Of a DNA stretch of 64,000 nt, positions 1-8,978 are shown in pieces; the first letter of the stretch is position 1, and every line of letters starts with the position of its first letter. The translations under genes were made by a program, and so were the position numbers. The notes under the pieces were generated by a model. It was not told the DNA's origin. It searched no databases and saw nothing but the letters and a program-made list of their open reading frames with translations. The DNA is from Candidatus Bathyarchaeota archaeon (GTDB lineage Archaea; Thermoproteota; Bathyarchaeia; Bathyarchaeales; Bathycorpusculaceae): the NCBI GenBank assembly GCA_963806535.1, contig CAWDYC010000009.1, forward strand, positions 1 through 64,000. The letters are read 5' to 3'.

Positions 1-1766
1 ATACCGTTAGCTTAATTGTAAATGCACAAAATCCCAGTACATCAGATGATAAGCTCAGGGTTGCAGTAACAGTTGATGACCTAGTTGTGGATACTTCGAC
101 AATTAAATTGGCGGCTGGAGCAACCCAAACCATTACGTTCAATGTTACGGCGCCAACTGAAGGAACACATAACGTAAAAGTAAACACGTTATCCGGCACT
201 TTCAAAGTGGTCAAAACTGGTTACCACACTATTGAAGTTACCAGGTCAGGCGGCGGAAGTACAGTATTGACTTTCACGTTTGACGGACAACCAAAAACCA
301 TGCCATATATAGACCTATTACCAGTCGGACAACATTCAATATCTGTACCTTCACCTGTTGATGTTGGAACTGGCGTGTTGGCATTTTCAAGTTGGGGCGA
401 CGGAGTTAATAGCGCTTCAAGAACAATCGATTTAGAAAAGTGGACGATATTGGTTGCAACTTACACGGTAATTAGTGGATATGCATCATGCCCGTCGCTT
501 TACACTTGGAATGGAACGGGTTACTCCTATGTCACTGATGTGGCAAACTCAGGATGGCTTGGTTACCTAGGAACGATAAGCAACAACGGCACAATCACCT
601 ATAGCGGAGGAAATCCGTGGGATTATGTAAAACTTGACAAAAGCCAACTAGCCACAAAAACCATTAATGGCAACAGCTACTTTGACATGGTTCTTTCGCA
701 GGAATGGAACGAACTCTTCTATTTAGACTCCGCCACTTTGGTGGCTGTTGACCACCCAGTAGGTACAGACGCTTACACAACTATGACCAATTATCTTAAC
801 AAAGGTTCAGCAGAACAGATTTACACTACAAACTCAAGCAATATCTTGTCACCCATCGCAGCAACAGATGGAAAAGGACAAAACGTTCTTCCCGACATCT
901 TGAAACAGGACGGAGTTTTCACTCCTGGCACCTATGGAGATCAAAGTCCAGCATGGAACAACATAACATTAAACCAGTTAACAGTTGATCTTGGTAATTT
1001 ATCTTCGGCTCAACAAATAAAACTTGTATTTACGGCAATTGTTGATTGGGGACCATACCAATCCTATTACAATTGGATAGACCAGTTCAAGACTGCCGCT
1101 GCACAAGGGCTCGTACCTAACGGCACAGTTCTTACACCCGATTCATACATGGAAATTAAAGCTGCAAATGGAACTTGGGTACGCGTTCCACAAGACAGGC
1201 AGATACCGATACCTTCAGATTCCAACCCTAGAACTTTTGCCGTAGACTTAACAGGACTATTCCCCAAAGGCATAAATGATTATCAAATACGAATAAACAA
1301 CTTCTGGAACGTAACCTATGATTACATCGGAATAGATACAAGCACTCAACAAAACATAACTGTTCAAAAAATCAGTCCAATTGCAACTCTCAGCCAATTC
1401 TGCAGTACTAATTCCACTTCTTCTGGAAACTTTACAAGATACGGTGATGTAACAGCGTTGGTTCAAAATGCAGATGACATGTTTGTGATCGGAAGACAAG
1501 GCGACAAAGTTGAGCTTGAATTCCCGACTGCCAACATTTCCGCACCCGCCCCGGGCATGGTAAGAGACTATTTCTTATTCGTATCCTGTTGGTTTAAAGA
1601 TCCACCAGGAGAATGGGGATACGGATTTAATTTCACCGTTGATCCAATGCCTTTCATGGCTATGAGCGGATACCCCTACCCAGCAACTGAAAGTTACCCC
1701 TATGACGCAGCACACTTGGCATACCTCAAACAATACAATACCAGAGTAATTCCGCCTTCAAACTAA
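1..1766 (+). CDS. Secreted/surface protein, 5'-partial: CARDB/Ig-like domain plus C-terminal 'SCP-LY-W-G' domain of the kind found in FG-GAP/ASPIC-UnbV proteins
   Basis: Frame is open from the window start (TVSLIVNAQNPST...). Thr/Asn-rich beta composition with many NxT sequons. Motifs ASCPSLYTWNG, FTRYGDV, DDMFVI, WFKD, PMPFMAMSGYPY, YNTR. Confidence 0.7.
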   Translation, partial: TVSLIVNAQNPSTSDDKLRVAVTVDDLVVDTSTIKLAAGATQTITFNVTAPTEGTHNVKVNTLSGTFKVVKTGYHTIEVTRSGGGSTVLTFTFDGQPKTMPYIDLLPVGQHSISVPSPVDVGTGVLAFSSWGDGVNSASRTIDLEKWTILVATYTVISGYASCPSLYTWNGTGYSYVTDVANSGWLGYLGTISNNGTITYSGGNPWDYVKLDKSQLATKTINGNSYFDMVLSQEWNELFYLDSATLVAVDHPVGTDAYTTMTNYLNKGSAEQIYTTNSSNILSPIAATDGKGQNVLPDILKQDGVFTPGTYGDQSPAWNNITLNQLTVDLGNLSSAQQIKLVFTAIVDWGPYQSYYNWIDQFKTAAAQGLVPNGTVLTPDSYMEIKAANGTWVRVPQDRQIPIPSDSNPRTFAVDLTGLFPKGINDYQIRINNFWNVTYDYIGIDTSTQQNITVQKISPIATLSQFCSTNSTSSGNFTRYGDVTALVQNADDMFVIGRQGDKVELEFPTANISAPAPGMVRDYFLFVSCWFKDPPGEWGYGFNFTVDPMPFMAMSGYPYPATESYPYDAAHLAYLKQYNTRVIPPSN

Positions 1767-1885
1767 GCATTTTTCGCACCAAAACAGCTCTTAAAATTCA
1801 AAATCAATAACAAGAGATCCATGTCTAAACCTTTAAATGGTTATTTTCTTATTTTGCTTAATAAAAACTTTGCAAGAGTACGGTT

Positions 1886-2585
1886 ATGTCATTAATACCC
1901 CAAATCTCTAATCCATATTTAGGAGCTTTAATTGGCGGTTTAGTATATGGATTAGCGGTTTGCACTGCAACTTGCCTCCCTTACGTGGCGAGCTATATTG
2001 CAGGAACTGGTGCTGATTTCCGCAAAGGTGTCATAATAACCGCATTTTTTAATTCTGGACGAATTGCAAGTTATGCAATAATCGGAGGATTAGTCGGTTT
2101 GTTTAGCGGTTTATTCCGATTATTTGTCTCCAGTTCAGCTATTTCGCCTTTTCAAATTTATTCTTCATTTGCATTTGGCATAGTAACCATTATAATCGGC
2201 AGTTATATTTTGCTCACTTTAAAATCACGACCGAATTGCAATTCTCAACATACTAAAAGACTCAGATATAAATAGAAAAACTGGCAGATTCGGATTTGAT
2301 TTTGGCGCTTTTTCCCTTGGCTTAAGCAGAGGATTAATCATTTGTCCACCGTTGATAGCACTTCTAATTTATTCATTGCCATTCTCAAGTCCAGTTGGCA
2401 GTGTAGGTTTAGCTGTTCTGTTTGGGTTAGGAACAACGATTTCGCCGATACTTTTATTGGGGGGACTCACAGGCTGGCTTCTCAACAAGGCACCATTGCT
2501 TAGAAAATGGATTTCAATTGCAGGTGCAGGAATACTCATAGTGCTTGGAATTGGCACATTAATCAATTCAGTAATCCAAATTTAA
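1886..2585 (+). CDS. DsbD_2/TauE-SafE-like multi-pass membrane protein (frameshift ~2260-2290)
   Basis: Two hydrophobic ORFs 1886-2275 and 2352-2585 form one protein. Motifs CxxxC-LP (CTATCLP), FNxGRI, GLxxCPP and FGLGT are typical of DsbD_2. Confidence 0.75.
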
Positions 2586-2610
2586 CAATAATTGAAATGA
2601 GGAAAAATAA

Positions 2611-3596
2611 TTGAACTGGGACATCATAGCCAACATGCTAATAATCATAGTGCTTGCAGGACTTGCAGTAGCTGGTGTGCTTGCCGTTCTGATTTGGAAA
2701 AAAAACTTGGCGACAAAAATAACCTTCATGCGGCTAGCTATTCAAGCAGTTTCTTTTGGAGCATTATTTTACGTATTTTCTCTTTCTATTCCACTTCTTT
2801 ACTTTATGATCTTTATTTTTGGCATCACTATTGTTTTAGGTCGGCTTTACTGCGGTTGGTTCTGTCCTTTAGGTTTAGTCATGGACCTCGTCATTATGTT
2901 TAGAAAAGCACTCAAAATTCCTTATCGAAACCTTTCTGAAAAACTGAACCTTGAAGCTGCATCAATTAAGATATGTAATATTACTTTTCTTTTTGTTAAT
3001 TCCCGTAGCATTGTGGTTGATTCAGCCGCCTCCAAATATCGATTTTGCTTTGCTTATGGTGAAACTTTTAGCAGGTCCTTTTAGACCATACAGCATTCTT
3101 ATTGATCCAATGATACCATTCGTAGTTCCTTGGACTAGCGCAACTGTGTCAGTTTTCCAAATTAACTTCACATTCCCCTATGCTCAAGAATTTGTAACTT
3201 ATGCAGGACAAAATATTGGACAAGCTAGTCGCCATTGTTTTTGTCGGTTTAACGCTGGTTGGTTCATTTTTTATTAGACGATTTTGGTGTCGCTTTTGTC
3301 CTACAGCTGCTTCATTGGCTGTTGTAAATAGGTTTAAGGGATTTAAGTGGGCACCTCTGCTACATCTTGAAAAAGATGAAGAAAAATGTACAAAATGCGG
3401 TGTTTGCAAGAGAGTTTGTCAATCGCAAGTAACAGAAGTTTATGAGCAACGCGGTGGAAAAATCAATACCTCCATGTGCATGTTGTGCTTGCGATGTACG
3501 GAAATGTGTCCGTATGAAGATACGCTAAAATTGAAGTTTGGTAATAAGACACTATTTAAATCAAGAAACTGGCTGGAGCCATCAAAAAGTGAGTGA
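2611..3596 (+). CDS. NapH/MauN-like membrane 4Fe-4S binding protein (two frameshifts)
   Basis: ORFs 2611-3084, 2951-3277 and 3201-3596 join. GRLYCGWFCPLG and RFWCRFCP motifs, TM helices, C-terminal CTKCGVCKRVC and CMLCLRCTEMCP. Confidence 0.85.
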
Positions 3597-3603
3597 AAGA
3601 AAC

Positions 3604-4935
3604 ATGAAGACAGAAAATGTTGAAAAAAAATACATGCCTGAAATCTCCAAAAAAGAAGCTGAAGAAATGAGAAATTCTATGAAAGCGGCTTCTGAGAAGA
3701 TAATGGCTGAAAATATTGAGCGCATGAAGAAAGCCGACCCAAAAAGACCTGAATCTATGAAGTATTTTGATGAAATGGCCAATTTATTCGGCCAACGCCC
3801 AAAAGAAATTATGGCTGAGAAGGAAAAAGGCAAGAAAGTTATTGGTTACACCTGTCTTTTTGCTCCAACTGAGATGATTTTAGCTGCAGACGCTATTCCA
3901 GTCGGAGTAAATTCTGGATGGTATGATACTGCTAAACTTGGCGATAGGGTTGTGCCCGTGGAGGTTTGCCCAGTTATCCGCTCAACCATAGGCGCAAAAA
4001 TGATTGAGTTGTCGCCTTTTCTTGAGTTAAGTGACGTTTTAATTAGTGTTTTAACATGTGACGGAATGACCAAACTAAGCGAGATTTTAAGTGACAGCAA
4101 GACAATTTGGGATATGAATATTCCAAGAGTTAAAGATGCACCACAATCACTTCATTTTTGGAACCAGGAAATTAGATACATAAAAACACAAATTGAAGAA
4201 TTAACCGGTAATAAAATTACTCGCAAAAATCTTAAAGCAGCTATTGAAGAGACGCAGAATGCAACACGAGCGTTTCGCAGACTGCAGGATCTACGTAAGG
4301 GGCCACCAGTGATTATGGGCAGAGATGCTATGCTTGTTAATCAAGCGTATTTATGGGATGATAAAAAGCGGTGGACCGAAAAAACTGAAGCTCTTTGCAA
4401 TGAACTTGAGCAGAGAGCACAAAGGAAAGAGTGGGTTTGCCCACTTGATACACCTCGCGTGTTAGTTACAGGTACTCCAATGTTTTGGCCTGATAACTGG
4501 AAACTACCGACACTTGTTGAAGAAGGCAACCCTAAGGGCATCATTGTTGCAGATGAACTTTGTTCAGGCGAAAGAATTCTCAACGACCCAGTTGGAGTAG
4601 ACGAATGGAACATGGATGACATGCTTAATGCGATAGGAGATCGATACTTGATGGCTTCGACATGTCCATGCTTTACCTCTAAGGATGGAAATGAAGACAG
4701 GATTAACTGGCTTGTAAACAAGGTTAAAGAATCAAATGTTCAAGGCGTCATTTATTATGTAGTGCGTGGCTGCATGCTCTATGCCATGGAGTACACCAGA
4801 ATCAAGAAAGCTCTTGACAAAATAAACATTCCAGTATACTACCTTGACACTGATTATACAAGAGAAGATGTTGGGCAAATGAAGACGCGTGTTGAAGCTT
4901 TCCTTGAAATGTTAACAGCAAGAGTTGAAATCTAA
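3604..4935 (+). CDS. 2-hydroxyacyl-CoA dehydratase/BCR-family Fe-S protein, double-cubane-cluster protein (DCCP) type
   Basis: Seven-Cys pattern GYTC, VCP, TCDG, ELCSG, TCPCF (two Cys), GC, plus NWKL and the C-terminal TDYTREDVGQMKTRVEAFLE. Confidence 0.8.
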   Translation: MKTENVEKKYMPEISKKEAEEMRNSMKAASEKIMAENIERMKKADPKRPESMKYFDEMANLFGQRPKEIMAEKEKGKKVIGYTCLFAPTEMILAADAIPVGVNSGWYDTAKLGDRVVPVEVCPVIRSTIGAKMIELSPFLELSDVLISVLTCDGMTKLSEILSDSKTIWDMNIPRVKDAPQSLHFWNQEIRYIKTQIEELTGNKITRKNLKAAIEETQNATRAFRRLQDLRKGPPVIMGRDAMLVNQAYLWDDKKRWTEKTEALCNELEQRAQRKEWVCPLDTPRVLVTGTPMFWPDNWKLPTLVEEGNPKGIIVADELCSGERILNDPVGVDEWNMDDMLNAIGDRYLMASTCPCFTSKDGNEDRINWLVNKVKESNVQGVIYYVVRGCMLYAMEYTRIKKALDKINIPVYYLDTDYTREDVGQMKTRVEAFLEMLTARVEI

Positions 4936-4948
4936 AAAAAGTGATTTA

Positions 4949-5735
4949 ATGATTACTGTCGGAATGGATTTAGGTACTCAAAGCGTGAAGATTGTAGTGC
5001 TTAAAGACGATGCTGTAGTTGTCAAGAAAGCAAGCGTTCTCAGGGTTCGACCCAACAAAAGCCGCCGAACAAGCAATAGATGAAGCACTTAAACAAGCAA
5101 ACATGCAAAAGTCTGATGTAGCCTATTTTGTCGCAACTGGCTCAGGTATGGATATGGCACCTTTCGCAAACAGCACTGTAAGCATGATGGGCGCGGACGC
5201 TAAAGCGGCAATTTACGTTTTCCCTAAAGCCAGAACAATTATTGATGTTGGCGCTGAAGAAGCAAGAGCAGTCAAATGTGATGAGAAAGGAATTATGGTT
5301 GATTTTGTTGTTAACGAACGCTGCGCAGCTGGTGCAGGAGCTTTCATTGAAGCAATGGCACGAGCTTTAGAAGTTAAATTCGAAGAGATGGGACCATTAT
5401 CTCTTCAAGCTGAACGGGCAAGTCCAATAAACGCTTCCTGCGTAATCTTTGGCGAATCTGACGTTGTTTCACTCATTCATCGCCAGGAATCAAAACCTGA
5501 AATTGCTAGGGCAGTTTTTGATGCAATGGCAGACCGAATTTCATCGATGATACATAGATTAGGAGTAAACCTTGAAGTAGTTCTTGTTGGCGGTGTAGCT
5601 AAGGATGTTGGCTTTGTCGCATCTTTAAATCGAAAATTAGGAATTAACGTGTTGATACCTGAATTTCCTGAATATGTTGGAGCACTTGGTGCTGCTCTTG
5701 TTGCTACCAATCGTGCAAAAGAGGGCCAAAAATGA
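4949..5735 (+). CDS. ATP-dependent activator (ASKHA archerase), BzdP-like (frameshift ~5020)
   Basis: ATG at 4949 gives MITVGMDLGTQSVK (ASKHA phosphate-1 loop), then shifts into ORF 5019-5735 with IDVGAEEAR, NERCAAGAG, SCVIFGESDVVSL, GGVAK, GALGAAL. Confidence 0.85.
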
Positions 5736-6643
5736 AGGAACCTAGCACAGTTAATGGTGACATTGAGTTTTGGCGCTGGGAGGAATACCAGCGTATAATG
5801 CCGGGAATAAAATGGACAAACAAGGACATAATAACTGCAGGCGTAGATGTTGGTTCTGTCGGTTCAAAAGCCGCCATAATGGTTAATGGTCAAGCTTACT
5901 CTTGGGGAATTACCAGGACAGGCTCTAACAGTCCTGAAAGCGCCAAGAAAGCATTAGACTGGGCGCTCATTGATACCGGACTCAAATCAACTGACATCAA
6001 ATACATTGTCGGCACAGGTTACGGTAGAGTCAACGTTCCAATGGCAAATAAAGCCATAACAGAAATTGCTTGCCACGCAAAAGGAGCAAATTACATTTGG
6101 GGACCAAGCGTCCGAACCGTACTCGACGTTGGAGGACAAGACATTAAAGCAATCCGAATCGACGAAAGTGGCAGAGTAGTCTCTTTCTTAATGAATGACA
6201 AATGTGCAGCTGGAACAGGTAGAGGAATGGAAGTTTTCGCCGATTTACTAAAAATTCCTATTGAAAAAATCGGAGAAATGTCTCTCCAAGTAAATGAGGA
6301 ACCGCCTCCAGTAAGTTGCACTTGTGTGGCTTTTGCAAAAACTGAAGCCGTGGGACTCCTCCGCAAAGGCTGGTCTAAAGAAAAGGTTTTAGCAGCATAC
6401 ACTCGTGCAATGGCAGTTCGCATGGCTAACTTGATTAATAGGGTAGGCTTAGAAAAAGAATTAGTTATTACTGGGGGACAATCAAAGAACATTGGAATTG
6501 TCAACAGAATAGAAGTTGTTTTAGGAGAGAAATGTCTGCCGATGCCTAAATGGCGAGAGAACGGCTTAGATCCTATGATTGCAGGCGCGTTAGGTGCGGC
6601 GCTTTTCGGGAAAGCACTCTACGAGAAAGCACAGAAAACTTAG
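5732..6643 (+). CDS. ATP-dependent activator, BzdQ-like
   Basis: N-terminal EFWRW extension, GVDVGS, RTGSNSPESA, GTGYGRVNVP, TEIACHAKG, DVGGQD, MNDKCAAGTGRGMEV, TCVAFAK. ATGA overlap with the upstream gene. Confidence 0.9.
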   Translation: MKEPSTVNGDIEFWRWEEYQRIMPGIKWTNKDIITAGVDVGSVGSKAAIMVNGQAYSWGITRTGSNSPESAKKALDWALIDTGLKSTDIKYIVGTGYGRVNVPMANKAITEIACHAKGANYIWGPSVRTVLDVGGQDIKAIRIDESGRVVSFLMNDKCAAGTGRGMEVFADLLKIPIEKIGEMSLQVNEEPPPVSCTCVAFAKTEAVGLLRKGWSKEKVLAAYTRAMAVRMANLINRVGLEKELVITGGQSKNIGIVNRIEVVLGEKCLPMPKWRENGLDPMIAGALGAALFGKALYEKAQKT

Positions 6644-6658
6644 AAGCGTTCTAAACTT

Positions 6659-6952
6659 ATGATTACACATTATGGTTACAGCGATGGATCAGGCGAGTAC
6701 TACATAACTATTGACACCGACAAGTGCAACGGTTGTGGCAAATGCGTTAGGGAATGCCCCGAATCAGCACTTCAGATGGAAATCATGTTAATAGACCTTG
6801 AAGACAAGACCGTGGCGTCAGTTACTGAGGAGCACCGGAAAAAAATAAAGTATACGTGTGCTTCCTGCAAACCCGAAATCAATGCTACCTTTTGCGTTCT
6901 AGCCTGTGAGTCCAAAGCGATTAAATGCACGTGGAACGCTCATTTATTTTGA
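6659..6952 (+). CDS. Ferredoxin, BzdM-like
   Basis: YGYSDGSGEYYITIDTDKCNGCGKCVRECP and a second CxxC...CxxxC cluster motif. Confidence 0.85.
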   Translation: MITHYGYSDGSGEYYITIDTDKCNGCGKCVRECPESALQMEIMLIDLEDKTVASVTEEHRKKIKYTCASCKPEINATFCVLACESKAIKCTWNAHLF

Positions 6953-7134
6953 TTGAGAAATTTTGAGTTAACTTCTACTATTCTCGATTCATTAAAAAGG
7001 TTGCTTAGAATCCAACCAACCAGTTGTCGTGAATCATAATATATTAGAAAGTATTATTAGAGATATTATTTGAGGATTCGCTAGCTTTATTTATGTTTTA
7101 ACACACTCAAAGGTGTTAGTGGGGTAAGAAAATA

Positions 7135-7686
7135 TTGGCAAGAAATCCTCAGTCGAAAGATGAAGCATTGGAAGCCATAGACTTCATCGTAAATGTTTTA
7201 AAAGAACATGAGAAAGATTTGGATAAACTGATTAATGAGTTAGCAACCGTCACTGAGCAACTTGGAGACACCGGTCAGATAAATGGTAAAGTAGAAAAGG
7301 TTGAAGAAAAAATAAATAACTTGCAAAAAGAAGTCACAAATCTAATTGCTTACTTATCGAGTAAACCACAAGAGACTCTTCCTGTAGCAGCAAAAGAACA
7401 GGAAGCTCAAGCGACATCTACCGCGGCGGTTCAAATCGGACCGTCTCTGATTTTTAGATGTAAGCAGTGGGAGGATTTTCAAACTTTAGCTTTTCAAGCT
7501 CAGAGATTGTCTTTCAGCTTCACAGAAGACGAGAAGAGTTTCCAAGCTGACGCGTTTAAGGGTAACCAGATCATTATTTATAATGGCCCTGTTCCAAAGT
7601 TGTCAGCCGTTTTGAAAGCATGGTTGTCTAGACAACTGGATATTCCAGAAGGAAGTATTCTGGAAGGCGTTTTAGCAATTAGCTAA
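7135..7686 (+). CDS. Hypothetical protein with N-terminal coiled coil
   Basis: 183-aa ORF with heptad-like N-terminal half and upstream GGGGT SD-like motif. Confidence 0.7.
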   Translation: MARNPQSKDEALEAIDFIVNVLKEHEKDLDKLINELATVTEQLGDTGQINGKVEKVEEKINNLQKEVTNLIAYLSSKPQETLPVAAKEQEAQATSTAAVQIGPSLIFRCKQWEDFQTLAFQAQRLSFSFTEDEKSFQADAFKGNQIIIYNGPVPKLSAVLKAWLSRQLDIPEGSILEGVLAIS

Positions 7687-8275
7687 AACTTATATTTTCA
7701 TTCTTTATTTTTGATTCATAAAGCTTATAACATGCTTTATAATATCTTAAGTCTTGTTAGTGCTTGGAGGATTAGTTGAGGTTGAAGGCAAAACCATTAA
7801 AGCCAATTAACTTTTTCCGTTTTCGAAGCCTTCTCCTTTCTCCTCGATGACGGATGGCAGTGGCAAGCCAACAAACAGCAACCAATCCTCCAGCACTGAC
7901 TCGCCAAAAACCCTTGAACACAACCAATTTACGCCAAATCTTAAATGCACTTAACAAACCATTATAATTTAGGTTGATTTGTTTGGCTATAGATGTAGAA
8001 AGAACCAAGAAGCCGAAACTTCCGACGAAAAAAAGATTACTGAAGAAAATAAAAAATAGAAGATAGAACCACCGAAACTACCTTGACTTTCGGATTACAG
8101 ATTTAATAGTGGGAGGAATGTTATTCAACTTTCCCATAATTTTGCAGAAGAATAAGTTAATTAATAGATTAACTCGTCTTCGTTTCTACTTGTCAAAATA
8201 TCCTCGAAAAAGTAAACCTTTAAGGAGAAAGAATAGACAAAAAAAATATTTGAAAAAGAATAGATGCTGCTAGCA

Positions 8276-8827
8276 TTAGTCCGTAAGAGTTGTTTGTTTT
8301 TCAAGAAGTATTTTACTTGGTGTTGTCAAATATTTAAGATGGAAGGGCTTTATTATAATTCCAGCTTTTAAATCTGCATGGAAAGTCTGGCTTTCAACTA
8401 CCCAGTCGGATAATTCAGAATCATGTGCTCGAATGAACTCTGCAAAATTTGCGAAGTTTTCATGAAGTGAAATGCAGGCTGCATCCCAACCCATTCCTCT
8501 TCCATCTAAAACCAGAATCACGTTGGGTTGCTTCATGTACCAATCTTTCATTTTCTGCAATGCTTTTGTTTTTTCTTCGCCTGCCGTAAATTTCAATTTA
8601 CTTTTAATAAATGTAAAAGCAGCTATTTCAAAGCCAATTTGCCCAAACTTCGGGATAACAGTATATCCTTCTATAAAGTTTTCTTCAAGCATCGCTCTTC
8701 TTCGGGTGACCGTAGGTTGAGAAACACCGAGGGATTTTGCCAGCTGCCTATCGCTTCTATGAGAATCCTTCATTAATTCAAAAAGTATCTTGTAATCGAT
8801 CGGTTTAAGTTCTTTCATAGTAATCAA
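8276..8827 (-). CDS. Lrp/AsnC family transcriptional regulator
   Basis: IDYKILFELMKDSHRSDRQLAKSLGVSQPTVTRR HTH; IEGYT..P.F..IG linker. Confidence 0.9.
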   Translation of the reverse strand: MITMKELKPIDYKILFELMKDSHRSDRQLAKSLGVSQPTVTRRRAMLEENFIEGYTVIPKFGQIGFEIAAFTFIKSKLKFTAGEEKTKALQKMKDWYMKQPNVILVLDGRGMGWDAACISLHENFANFAEFIRAHDSELSDWVVESQTFHADLKAGIIIKPFHLKYLTTPSKILLEKQTTLTD

Positions 8828-8881
8828 CTTTTACCATTCACTAGCTTTTTTGACATCATATATAAACATCATTGTTGAATA

Positions 8882-8895
8882 AACGAAAAATCGTT
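8882..8895. promoter_or_regulatory. Palindrome AACGA-AAAA-TCGTT between the divergent Lrp and M20 genes, possible operator
   Basis: Perfect 5-bp arms around an A-rich spacer; resembles archaeal Lrp-type sites. Function is inferred. Confidence 0.3.
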
Positions 8896-8978
8896 CCCGT
8901 AATACACGACAACACTAACATTTAATCGATACTTTTAAGAGAAAAAAACCCTTAACAAATGCTGGAGTCAAGAAAGTA

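Noticed and set aside
3604-6952. Calling the operon a canonical benzoyl-CoA reductase (bzdNOPQ)
   Set aside because: Only one catalytic-type subunit is present, it has a DCCP-like Cys pattern, and no ring-cleavage or CoA-ligase genes are adjacent.
7041-7075. TATTAGA/TATTATT short repeats upstream of the 7135 gene
   Set aside because: AT-rich low-complexity sequence with only 2-3 imperfect copies.
7690-8270. ~580-nt gap with short ORFs on both strands (e.g. 7772-8008)
   Set aside because: No recognisable protein motif or convincing RNA structure; could be an indel-broken gene but cannot be supported.
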